NCBI GenBank assembly: GCA_032718475.1
Contig: JAUCBJ010004223.1
Coordinates: 19,995-83,994, forward strand
From: Nemertoderma westbladi
Taxonomy: Eukaryota > Animalia > Xenacoelomorpha
DNA length: 64,000 bases
Direction of reading: 5' to 3'
Below, piece by piece: positions 1 to 12,039 of this stretch. Under the pieces are notes generated by a model that made no database searches, was not told where the DNA came from, and saw only the letters and a program-made list of their open reading frames with translations. Position 1 is the first letter of the stretch, and each line of letters begins with the position of its first letter. Position numbers and translations under genes: made by a program.

Positions 1-2657
1 CTGTGGTCTCAATCAACTGTTATACTTACAGTATAGGATTCCACAAGGACTGTGGTCTCAATCAACTGTTATACTTACAGTATAGGATTCCACAAGGACT
101 GTGGTCTCAATCAACTGTTATACTTACAGTATAGGATTCCACAAGGACTGTGGTCTCAATCAACTGTTATACTTACAGTATAGGATTCCACAAGGACTGT
201 GGTCTCAATCAACTGTTATACTTACAGTATAGGATTCCACAAGGACTGTGGTCTCAATCAACTGTTATACTTACAGTATAGGATTCCACAAGGACTGTGG
301 TCTCAATCAACTGTTATACTTACAGTATAGGATTCCACAAGGACTGTGGTCTCAATCAACTGTTATACTTACAGTATAGGATTCCACAAGGACTGTGGTC
401 TCAATCAACTGTTATACTTACAGTATAGGATTCCACAAGGACTGTGGTCTCAATCAACTGTTATACTTACAGTATAGGATTCCACAAGGACTGTGGTCTC
501 AATCAACTGTTATACTTACAGTATAGGATTCCACAAGGACTGTGGTCTCAATCAACTGTTATACTTACAGTATAGGATTCCACAAGGACTGTGGTCTCAA
601 TCAACTGTTATACTTACAGTATAGGATTCCACAAGGACTGTGGTCTCAATCAACTGTTATACTTACAGTATAGGATTCCACAAGGACTGTGGTCTCAATC
701 AACTGTTATACTTACAGTATAGGATTCCACAAGGACTGTGGTCTCAATCAACTGTTATACTTACAGTATAGGATTCCACAAGGACTGTGGTCTCAATCAA
801 CTGTTATACTTACAGTATAGGATTCCACAAGGACTGTGGTCTCAATCAACTGTTATACTTACAGTATAGGATTCCACAAGGACTGTGGTCTCAATCAACT
901 GTTATACTTACAGTATAGGATTCCACAAGGACTGTGGTCTCAATCAACTGTTATACTTACAGTATAGGATTCCACAAGGACTGTGGTCTCAATCAACTGT
1001 TATACTTACAGTATAGGATTCCACAAGGACTGTGGTCTCAATCAACTGTTATACTTACAGTATAGGATTCCACAAGGACTGTGGTCTCAATCAACTGTTA
1101 TACTTACAGTATAGGATTCCACAAGGACTGTGGTCTCAATCAACTGTTATACTTACAGTATAGGATTCCACAAGGACTGTGGTCTCAATCAACTGTTATA
1201 CTTACAGTATAGGATTCCACAAGGACTGTGGTCTCAATCAACTGTTATACTTACAGTATAGGATTCCACAAGGACTGTGGTCTCAATCAACTGTTATACT
1301 TACAGTATAGGATTCCACAAGGACTGTGGTCTCAATCAACTGTTATACTTACAGTATAGGATTCCACAAGGACTGTGGTCTCAATCAACTGTTATACTTA
1401 CAGTATAGGATTCCACAAGGACTGTGGTCTCAATCAACTGTTATACTTACAGTATAGGATTCCACAAGGACTGTGGTCTCAATCAACTGTTATACTTACA
1501 GTATAGGATTCCACAAGGACTGTGGTCTCAATCAACTGTTATACTTACAGTATAGGATTCCACAAGGACTGTGGTCTCAATCAACTGTTATACTTACAGT
1601 ATAGGATTCCACAAGGACTGTGGTCTCAATCAACTGTTATACTTACAGTATAGGATTCCACAAGGACTGTGGTCTCAATCAACTGTTATACTTACAGTAT
1701 AGGATTCCACAAGGACTGTGGTCTCAATCAACTGTTATACTTACAGTATAGGATTCCACAAGGACTGTGGTCTCAATCAACTGTTATACTTACAGTATAG
1801 GATTCCACAAGGACTGTGGTCTCAATCAACTGTTATACTTACAGTATAGGATTCCACAAGGACTGTGGTCTCAATCAACTGTTATACTTACAGTATAGGA
1901 TTCCACAAGGACTGTGGTCTCAATCAACTGTTATACTTACAGTATAGGATTCCACAAGGACTGTGGTCTCAATCAACTGTTATACTTACAGTATAGGATT
2001 CCACAAGGACTGTGGTCTCAATCAACTGTTATACTTACAGTATAGGATTCCACAAGGACTGTGGTCTCAATCAACTGTTATACTTACAGTATAGGATTCC
2101 ACAAGGACTGTGGTCTCAATCAACTGTTATACTTACAGTATAGGATTCCACAAGGACTGTGGTCTCAATCAACTGTTATACTTACAGTATAGGATTCCAC
2201 AAGGACTGTGGTCTCAATCAACTGTTATACTTACAGTATAGGATTCCACAAGGACTGTGGTCTCAATCAACTGTTATACTTACAGTATAGGATTCCACAA
2301 GGACTGTGGTCTCAATCAACTGTTATACTTACAGTATAGGATTCCACAAGGACTGTGGTCTCAATCAACTGTTATACTTACAGTATAGGATTCCACAAGG
2401 ACTGTGGTCTCAATCAACTGTTATACTTACAGTATAGGATTCCACAAGGACTGTGGTCTCAATCAACTGTTATACTTACAGTATAGGATTCCACAAGGAC
2501 TGTGGTCTCAATCAACTGTTATACTTACAGTATAGGATTCCACAAGGACTGTGGTCTCAATCAACTGTTATACTTACAGTATAGGATTCCACAAGGACTG
2601 TGGTCTCAATCAACTGTTATACTTACAGTATAGGATTCCACAAGGACTGTGGTCTCA
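1..2657. repeat. 49-bp tandem array (~54 copies, continues off-window) made of Arp2 exon-5 3' end + 5' splice site
   Basis: Unit ctgtggtctcaatcaactgttatacttacagtataggattccacaagga with no variants seen; reverse complement = GAGACCACAGTCCTTGTGGAATCCTATACT|GTAAGTATAACAGTTGATT ([10 protein letters not shown] + donor). Confidence 0.97.
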
Positions 2658-2776
2658 GTAGATAATTGCTGCTCTTGTTCGATATCGTAACCAACGTAAC
2701 AAAGTTTCTCTTTGATCATCCGAACTGTCTCGAAATCCGCTGAGTGGTTGAAAGCGTAACCACGGAGAAGTAATAG
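2627..2776 (-). CDS. ACTR2: Actin-related protein 2, coding exon 5
   Basis: [50 protein letters not shown]; tttcag acceptor, GTAAGT donor, 150 nt, phase 0/0. Confidence 0.95.
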
Positions 2777-2885
2777 CTGAAATAAAAACCGAAAAATACC
2801 ATAAAAATATATCGTCAGATCGCTCAGATTCCTCAAGAATTGCCTATCAATCATATAAATTTATATCTGTTTCAGATTCTAAGTG

Positions 2886-3117
2886 ATGTGTTTGTAAAAG
2901 CAACATATGTTTGTAAAAGCAGCATCTGTTTGTAAAAGCAACATCTGTTTGTAAAAGCAACATCTGTTTGTAAAAAAAAAACTCTGTTTGTAAAAGCAAC
3001 ATCTGTTTGTAAAAGCAACATATGTTTGTAAAAGCAACATATGTTTGTAAATCTGTTTGTAAAAGCAACATTTCTTTGTAAAAGCAACATCTGTTTGTAA
3101 AAGCAACATCTGTTTGT
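2886..3117. repeat. 19-bp minisatellite (~12 copies)
   Basis: (tgtttgtaaaagcaacatc)n with variants. Confidence 0.9.
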
Positions 3118-3726
3118 ACACTAACTATGGGGAATTCTTGTAAAGCTGTGTATGCCATGAGTGAGGGAAAAATAATACCGAGGTCAAATTTTGCATAGGC
3201 GGACTGGAGAGGCACGAAGTACCTGCGAGCAGAGTACATCGGCGCATGCGCCCGAATGTCCCACCGAATAACCGACTATTATCTATTCGGCAGTGCGGAA
3301 CCATCAGATGGAAACTGACGGAACCGATCAGGAAGCACAATGCATCCCTAGTTGGATGCACGGACCTCTTGTACAGCAAGGAGGGAACTCTAACACTTAT
3401 ACAACAATAAAACTTGTTAACTATCTGCGAGTAATCGGATAATTAAAATTAATTCTGCAAAGCCAATTATAGATTTATGTTAATGAGAGTAACGTAAAAT
3501 ACTTGGGCAAATAAATTGTATTAATCGGTTTAATATTTTGGCGAATAAATAAAAAAAAATTATATGAACGTGATTATATAGAATACATGGTACATGTGTT
3601 GCATGTTAGGTTAGACTCTGCGTAATCTTGTTGGTCTATATATTTTCTTTAACACGAATATATTATATATTTTTTTTCGTAACCATATCGCTTCTTAGTA
3701 GATGGATTTTCCTCGAAGGTATTGTC

Positions 3727-5612
3727 TCTGCCAACCCCTAACTCTTCCCCACCCTAACTCTGCCCCTTTCTAACTCTACCCCACCCTAACTCTGCCCCAC
3801 CCTAACTCTGCCCCTTTCTAACTCTACCCCACCCTAACTCTGCCCCACTCTAAATCTGCCCCACCCCTAACTCTGCCCCACCCTAACTCTGCCCCACCCC
3901 AACTCTGCCCCACCCTAACTCTGCCCCACCCTAACTCTGCCCCACCCTAAATCTGTCCCACCCTCAATCTGCCCACCTCTAACTCTGCCCCACCCTAACT
4001 CTACCCCACCCTAACTCTGCCCCTTTCTAACTCTGCTCCACCCTAAATCTGCCCCACCCTAAATCTGCCCCACCCTAACTCTGCCCACCTCTAACTCTGC
4101 CCCACCCTAACTCTGCCCCACCCGAACTCTGCCCCTTTATAACTCTGCCCCACCCTAACTCTACCCCACCCTAACTCTGCCCCACCCTAAATCTGCCCCA
4201 CCCTAAATCTGCCCCTTTCTAACTCTGCCCCACCCTAACTCTGCCCCTTTCTAACTCTGCCCCACCCTAACTCTGCCCACCCTAAATCTGCCCACCCCTA
4301 ACTCTTCCCCACCCTAACTCTGCCCCACCCTAACTCTGCCCCACCCGAACTCTGCCCCACCCTAACTCTACCCCACCCTAACTCTGCCCCACCCTAAATC
4401 TGCCCCTTCTAACTCTGCCCCACCCTAACTCTGCCCCTTTCTAACTCTGCCCCACCCTAAATCTGCCCCACCCTAAATCTGCCCCACCCTAACTCTGCCC
4501 CACCCTAACTCTGCCCCACCTAACTCTGCCCCTTTCTAACTCGGCCCCACCCTAACTCTGCCCCTTTCTAACTCGGACCCACCCTAACTCTGCCCCACCC
4601 TAAATCTGCCCAACCCTAACTCTGCCCCACCCTAACTCTGCTCACCCCTAACTCTACCCCACCCCAACTCCGCCCTTTTCTAACTCGGCCCCACCCTAAC
4701 TCTGCCCCACCCTAACTCTGCCCCACCCTAACTCTGCGCCACCCTAACTCTGCCCCACCCTAAATCTGCCCCACCCTAAATCTGCCCACCCCTAACTCTG
4801 CCCCTTTCTAACTCTACCCCACCCTAACTCTGCCCCACCCTAAATCTGCCCCACCCTAAATCTGCCCCACCCTAACTCTGCCCCTTTCTAACTCTGCCCC
4901 ACCCTAACTCTGCCCCACCCTAATTCTGCCCCACCCCTAACTCTGCCCCACCCTAACTCTGCCCCACCCGAACTCTGCCCCTTTCTAACTCTACCCCACC
5001 CTAACTCTGCCCACCCTAAATCTGCCCCACCCTAAATCTGCCCCACCCTAACTCTGCCCCTTCTAACTCTGCCCCACCCTAACTCTGCCCCTTTCTAACT
5101 CTACCCCACCCTAACTCTGCCCCACCCTAAATCTGCCCACCCTAAATCTGCCCCACCCTAACTCTGCCCCTTTCTAACTCTACCCCACCCTAACTCTGCC
5201 CCACCCTAAATCTGCCCCACCCTAAATCTGCCCCACCCTAACTCTGCCCCTTTCTAACTCTGCCCCACCCTAAATCTGCCCCACCCTAAATCTGCCCCAC
5301 CCTAACTCTGTCCCTTTCTAACTCTGCCCCACCCTAACTCTGCCCCTTTCTAACTCTGCCCCACCCTAAATCTGCCCCACCCTAACTCTGCCCCACCCTA
5401 ACTCTGCCCCACCCTAACTCTGCCCCTTTCTAACTCTACCCCACCCTAACTCTGCCCCACCCTAAATCTGCCCCACCCTAAATCTGCCCCACCCTAACTC
5501 TGCCCCTTTCTAACTCTACCCCACCCTAACTCTGCCCCACCCTAAATCTGCCCCACCCTAAATCTGCCCCACCCTAACTCTGCCCCTTTCTAACTCTGCC
5601 CCACCCTAACTC
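3727..5612. repeat. 16-bp C-rich minisatellite (~115 copies) containing CCCTAA
   Basis: (gccccaccctaactct)n with variants ccctttctaa and ctaaatctg. Confidence 0.95.
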
Positions 5613-6082
5613 AAATGTATACGGGTTTTCGAGGACGCTGACATAACAACTCGTAAAATATCATATGCGGTAACGCAAAACTTCATTTTTGGTGCTTGTC
5701 AGGTGGGACGAAAAATACAAGTAGCAGAAAATTTCAAAAGGCAAAATCGAATTTGGTTGGATAAGACGATATTTTTGAGTGTCATATTCGTGATCAGCGT
5801 CCCAGAAAACCCACAATGGCTATAAAATCAGGTTGATTTGGTAATGAGTTTTCGATTATAAAATTTGTGCTACTTGTATTATTCGTCCAGGAGGGCACAT
5901 TCAATTACGAAATTTTTTTTCGAATAATATATTTTAATTCTATAGTCGTGATCTGTGTCCAAAAAAACCGCTATATACCGCAAATAAATTAATTTTAGTG
6001 AGCCATACAAACTTTTGAAAATGTTAGCACAAAAAATACCGGAGATGGGTGCCCGAAAGGGACACCAGCACGAAAACTAACA

Positions 6083-6915
6083 TACCGTATTTACTCGAAT
6101 AAGAGCCCACTCGAATAAAAGCCCGGGGCTCGAATTAACGCCCCTCTTACCATCAAATTAGAAACTTAAACGCATTCCCGAATAAAACGCGTTTAATAAT
6201 ATTACATTGTGCGGCGTTAACATTGTTTAGAGTTATTGTTAAAACTGAAGGTAAATGGAGTGCGGTGTTGTACCGCCTGGCTGCGTTGTAATAAAGATAA
6301 TCCTGGTTTTATTTGACCCACTCGAACCTCACAATTTGGAACTTAAACGCCCTCCTCGAATAAACGCCCCCCTCGAATAAACGCCCCCCCCCTGGAATAA
6401 ACGCCTTCCTCGAATAAACGCCCCCCTCGAATAAACGCCCCCTCGAATAAACGCCTTCCCGAATAAACGCCTTCCCCGAATAAACGCACGCTCCGAATAC
6501 ACGCCCTCCCCGAATAAACGCCCCCCCTCGATTAAACGCCCCCCCCCCCCCCCCGAATAAGCGCCCTCCCCGAATAAACGCCCCTCCCCCCCGAATAAAC
6601 GCCCTCCCCGAATAAACGCACGCTCCGAATATAAGCCCTCCCCGAATAAACGCCCCCCTCGATCCCCGAATAAACGCCCTCCCCGAATAAACGCCCCCCT
6701 AGAATAAACGCCCCCCCCGAATAAACGCCCTCCCCGAATAAACGCCTTCCCTCGAATAAACGCCCTCCTCGAATAAACGCCCTCCTCGAATAAACGCCCC
6801 CCCCCCCCGAATAAACGCCCCCCCCCCCGAATCAATGCCCCCTCGAATAAACGCCCTCCCCGAATAAACGCCCTCCTCGAATAAACGCCCTCCCCGAATA
6901 AACGCCCCCCGAGTA
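6083..6915. mobile_element. Tc1/mariner-pogo-type non-autonomous relic with expanded subterminal repeat
   Basis: Starts TACCGTATTTACTCGAATAA (TA + CCGTA-type terminus); cgaataaacgccc motif tandemly amplified at 6345-6910; matching right TIR not found. Confidence 0.5.
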
Positions 6916-7539
6916 TTCCCGATAATCTTCTTTGTTCACAATCCACCAAATCGGCTGTACAGCTTTACAAACAATGAGGTAACGCCGATATGTTTCAACT
7001 GCAGGCTCCTCCAGAGAACGAAATTTATTGCAAAATTTAAATCGACGCTAATGTTTAAAATGGTACAATTGCACACAGAAGATAAATAATATTTTTTAAC
7101 TCTTAAACAAAAATACATTTCCAGCAAAATTGGAATTGGAACCTCAGAAAATGTAAGTGTTTGAAAATAAAAATAATAATTCTGACTCAAAAGTTTCAAA
7201 GTGCCAAAAAAATACCCTTTTTGATGACGGTAATACTTGAATGACCCCTTATAAAGTATACTATAAGTCTATTAGTTCAAGGTTCTTCTCATCTTAGAAT
7301 TTTTAACTCTAAAATAAAGATAAAAGTAGTAGATTATTACAAATAAATATACTATATGAGCCTATAGCCCATGAGGTAAGATGATAAGAACCGAGGACTA
7401 CAGCATTCCCTTTAATCCTGTTTATATCGCAGAACCGAGGACTACAGCATTCCCTTTAATCCTGTTTATATCGCGGTTTTTTTAGTTCAAATTATAACGA
7501 AAAAACTGTCCACCTTGTAATTATTCTCAATACTCTCAC

Positions 7540-7749
7540 CTTGATAAGATACTTGGTAATATCGCGGCCGGCAATGTCCAACCGTTTAGTAAGATGGGGT
7601 AACGAGAATCCGTCATACACGGGACATATGTGGGTGACGCCATCCCCTGAGTCAACAACCACACCTGTTAGTAAACCTTGGGCGTAGAGTGTCATTACAG
7701 CCTGAATGGCAACGTAGACCCCGGCGAATTCAAACTGCTCCAACATAAT
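7540..7749 (-). CDS. ACTR2: Actin-related protein 2, coding exon 4
   Basis: [70 protein letters not shown]; tttcag / GTGAGA; 210 nt, phase 0/0. Confidence 0.96.
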
Positions 7750-7817
7750 CTGAAATAATCAACCAATGGCGTGCGTGTCCGATAGATATATGTTAATGTC
7801 ATAACTAAACTGTCATA

Positions 7818-10800
7818 AGTTCCGATATACTAGATAGAAGGTTCCGATATACTAGATAGAAGGTTCCGATATACTAGATAGAAGGTTCCGATATACTAGA
7901 TAGAAGGTTCCGATATACTAGATACAAGGTTCCGATATACTAGATAGAAGGTTCCGATATACTAGATAGAAGGTTCCGATATACTAGATAGAAGGTTTCG
8001 ATATACTAGATAGAAGGTTTCGATTTACTAGATAGAAGGTTCCGATATACTAGATAGAAGGTTCCGATATACTAGATAGAAGGTTCCGATATACTAGATA
8101 GAAGGTTCCGATATACTAGATAGAAGGTTCCGATATACTAGATAGAAGGTTCCGATATACTAGATAGAAGGTTCCGATATACTAGATAGAAGGTTCCGAT
8201 ATACTAGATAGAAGGTTCCGATATACTAGATAGAAGGTTCCGATATACTAGATAGAAGGTTCCGATATACTAGATAGAAGGTTCCGATATACTAGATAGA
8301 AGGTTCCGATATACTAGATAGAAGGTTCCGATATACTAGATAGAAGGTTCCGATATACTAGATAGAAGGTTCCGATATACTAGATAGAAGGTTCCGATAT
8401 ACTAGATAGAAGGTTCCGATATACTAGATAGAAGGTTCCGATATACTAGATAGAAGGTTCCGATATACTAGATAGAAGGTTCCGATATACTAGATAGAAG
8501 GTTCCGATATACTAGATAGAAGGTTCCGATATACTAGATAGAAGGTTCCGATATACTAGATAGAAGGTTCCGATATACTAGATAGAAGGTTCCGATATAC
8601 TAGATAGAAGGTTCCGATATACTAGATAGAAGGTTCCGATATACTAGATAGAAGGTTCCGATATACTAGATAGAAGGTTCCGATATACTAGATAGAAGGT
8701 TCCGATATACTAGATAGAAGGTTCCGATATACTAGATAGAAGGTTCCGATATACTAGATAGAAGGTTCCGATATACTAGATAGAAGGTTCCGATATACTA
8801 GATAGAAGGTTCCGATATACTAGATAGAAGGTTCCGATATACTAGATAGAAGGTTCCGATATACTAGATAGAAGGTTCCGATATACTAGATAGAAGGTTC
8901 CGATATACTAGATAGAAGGTTCCGATATACTAGATAGAAGGTTCCGATATACTAGATAGAAGGTTCCGATATACTAGATAGAAGGTTCCGATATACTAGA
9001 TAGAAGGTTCCGATATACTAGATAGAAGGTTCCGATATACTAGATAGAAGGTTCCGATATACTAGATAGAAGGTTCCGATATACTAGATAGAAGGTTCCG
9101 ATATACTAGATAGAAGGTTCCGATATACTAGATAGAAGGTTCCGATATACTAGATAGAAGGTTCCGATATACTAGATAGAAGGTTCCGATATACTAGATA
9201 GAAGGTTCCGATATACTAGATAGAAGGTTCCGATATACTAGATAGAAGGTTCCGATATACTAGATAGAAGGTTCCGATATACTAGATAGAAGGTTCCGAT
9301 ATACTAGATAGAAGGTTCCGATATACTAGATAGAAGGTTCCGATATACTAGATAGAAGGTTCCGATATACTAGATAGAAGGTTCCGATATACTAGATAGA
9401 AGGTTCCGATATACTAGATAGAAGGTTCCGATATACTAGATAGAAGGTTCCGATATACTAGATACAAGGTTCCGATATACTAGATAGAAGGTTCCGATAT
9501 ACTAGATAGAAGGTTCCGATATACTAGATAGAAGGTTCCGATATACTAGATAGAAGGTTCCGATATACTAGATAGAAGGTTCCGATATACTAGATAGAAG
9601 GTTCCGATATACTAGATAGAAGGTTCCGATATACTAGATAGAAGGTTCCGATATACTAGATAGAAGGTTCCGATATACTAGATAGAAGGTTCCGATATAC
9701 TAGATAGAAGGTTCCGATATACTAGATAGAAGGTTCCGATATACTAGATACAAGGTTCCGATATACTAGATAGAAGGTTCCGATATACTAGATAGAAGGT
9801 TCCGATATACTAGATAGAAGGTTCCGATATACTAGATAGAAGGTTCCGATATACTAGATAGAAGGTTCCGATATACTAGATAGAAGGTTCCGATATACTA
9901 GATAGAAGGTTCCGATATACTAGATAGAAGGTTCCGATATACTAGATAGAAGGTTCCGATATACTAGATAGAAGGTTCCGATATACTAGATAGAAGGTTC
10001 CGATATACTAGATAGAAGGTTCCGATATACTAGATAGAAGGTTCCGATATACTAGATAGAAGGTTCCGATATACTAGATAGAAGGTTCCGATATACTAGA
10101 TAGAAGGTTCCGATATACTAGATAGAAGGTTCCGATATACTAGATAGAAGGTTCCGATATACTAGATAGAAGGTTCCGATATACTAGATAGAAGGTTCCG
10201 ATATACTAGATAGAAGGTTCCGATATACTAGATAGAAGGTTCCGATATACTAGATAGAAGGTTCCGATATACTAGATACAAGGTTCCGATATACTAGATA
10301 GAAGGTTCCGATATACTAGATAGAAGGTTCCGATATACTAGATAGAAGGTTCCGATATACTAGATAGAAGGTTCCGATATACTAGATAGAAGGTTCCGAT
10401 ATACTAGATAGAAGGTTCCGATATACTAGATAGAAGGTTCCGATATACTAGATAGAAGGTTCCGATATACTAGATAGAAGGTTCCGATATACTAGATAGA
10501 AGGTTCCGATATACTAGATAGAAGGTTCCGATATACTAGATACAAGGTTCCGATATACTAGATAGAAGGTTCCGATATACTAGATAGAAGGTTCCGATAT
10601 ACTAGATAGAAGGTTCCGATATACTAGATAGAAGGTTCCGATATACTAGATAGAAGGTTCCGATATACTAGATAGAAGGTTCCGATATACTAGATAGAAG
10701 GTTCCGATATACTAGATAGAAGGTTCCGATATACTAGATAGAAGGTTCCGATATACTAGATAGAAGGTTCCGATATACTAGATAGAAGGTTCCGATATAC

Positions 10801-11720
10801 TAGATAGAAGGTTCCGATATACTAGATACAAGGTTCCGATATACTAGATAGAAGGTTCCGATATACTAGATAGAAGGTTCCGATATACTAGAAAGAAGGT
10901 TCCGATATACTAGATACTAGAAGGTTCCGAAATACTAGATAGAAGGTTGCGATATACTAGATAGAAGGTTCCGATATACTAGATAGAAGGTTGCGATATA
11001 CTAGATAGAAGGTTCCGATATACTAGATAGAAGGTTCCGATATACTAGATAGAAGGTTCCGATATACTAGATACAAGGTTCCGATATACTAGATAGAAGG
11101 TTCCGATATACTAGATAGAAGGTTCCGATATACTAGATAGAAGGTTCCGATATACTAGATAGAAGGTTCCGATATACTAGATAGAAGGTTCCGATATACT
11201 AGATAGAAGGTTCCGATATACTAGATAGAAGGTTCCGATATACTAGATAGAAGGTTCCGATATACTAGATACAAGGTTCCGATATACTAGATAGAAGGTT
11301 GCGATATACTAGATACAAGGTTCCGATATACTAGATAGAAGGTTGCGATATACTAGAAAGAAGGTTCCGATATACTAGATAGAAGGTTCCGATATACTAG
11401 ATAGAAGGTTCCGATATACTAGATAGAAGGTTCCGATATACTAGATAGAAGGTTCCGATATACTAGATAGAAGGTTCCGATATACTAGATACAAGGTTCC
11501 GATATACTAGATAGAAGGTTGCGATATACTAGATACAAGGTTCCGATATACTAGATAGAAGGTTCCGATATACTAGATAGAAGGTTCCGATATACTAGAT
11601 AGAAGGTTCCGATATACTAGATAGGAGGTTCCGATATACTAGATAGAAGGTTGCGATATACTAGATAGGAGGTTCCGATATACTAGATAGAAGGTTCCGA
11701 TATACTAGATAGAAGGTTCC
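7818..11720. repeat. 22-bp minisatellite (~177 copies) filling Arp2 intron 3
   Basis: (aggttccgatatactagataga)n, nearly homogeneous, most variants in the right-hand part. Confidence 0.97.
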
Positions 11721-11726
11721 ACTGAC

Positions 11727-11907
11727 CTCGAGCATCTTCATCCTATTAGTCAGCGGGTTCATTGGCGGCTCTGTCAGTAGGATTTTGCTGTCCTTGGGGT
11801 TTATGTTAAGTTTTGTTTCACCGAAGGTATATTCCCATAACAACATCTGGTCTTCCCAATTCCTAACCATGCCGTTCTCCATTGGATAACTCAGCTCCAA
11901 TAACGAC
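11727..11907 (-). CDS. ACTR2: Actin-related protein 2, coding exon 3
   Basis: (R)[60 protein letters not shown]; attag acceptor phase 2, GTCAGT donor phase 0; 181 nt. Confidence 0.95.
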
Positions 11908-12039
11908 CTAATCATGTCAGTTAGATAGTATTAGCTAATTATTTATATAGTCTGTGGATTAATAACGGCTATAATTAACTATAATATTAATATATCACCC
12001 AGCTAAGCCAATATACTCAATGTAAATAATAATTGTGGT

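Noticed and set aside
1-2657. CRISPR-like array
   Set aside because: Units are contiguous and identical with no unique spacers; no cas genes; eukaryotic intron context
2847-3239. Overlapping 72-130 aa ORFs
   Set aside because: Derived from the 19-bp repeat inside an Arp2 intron
6329-6949. 206-aa Gly/Arg-rich ORF
   Set aside because: Translation of the cgaataaacgccc minisatellite
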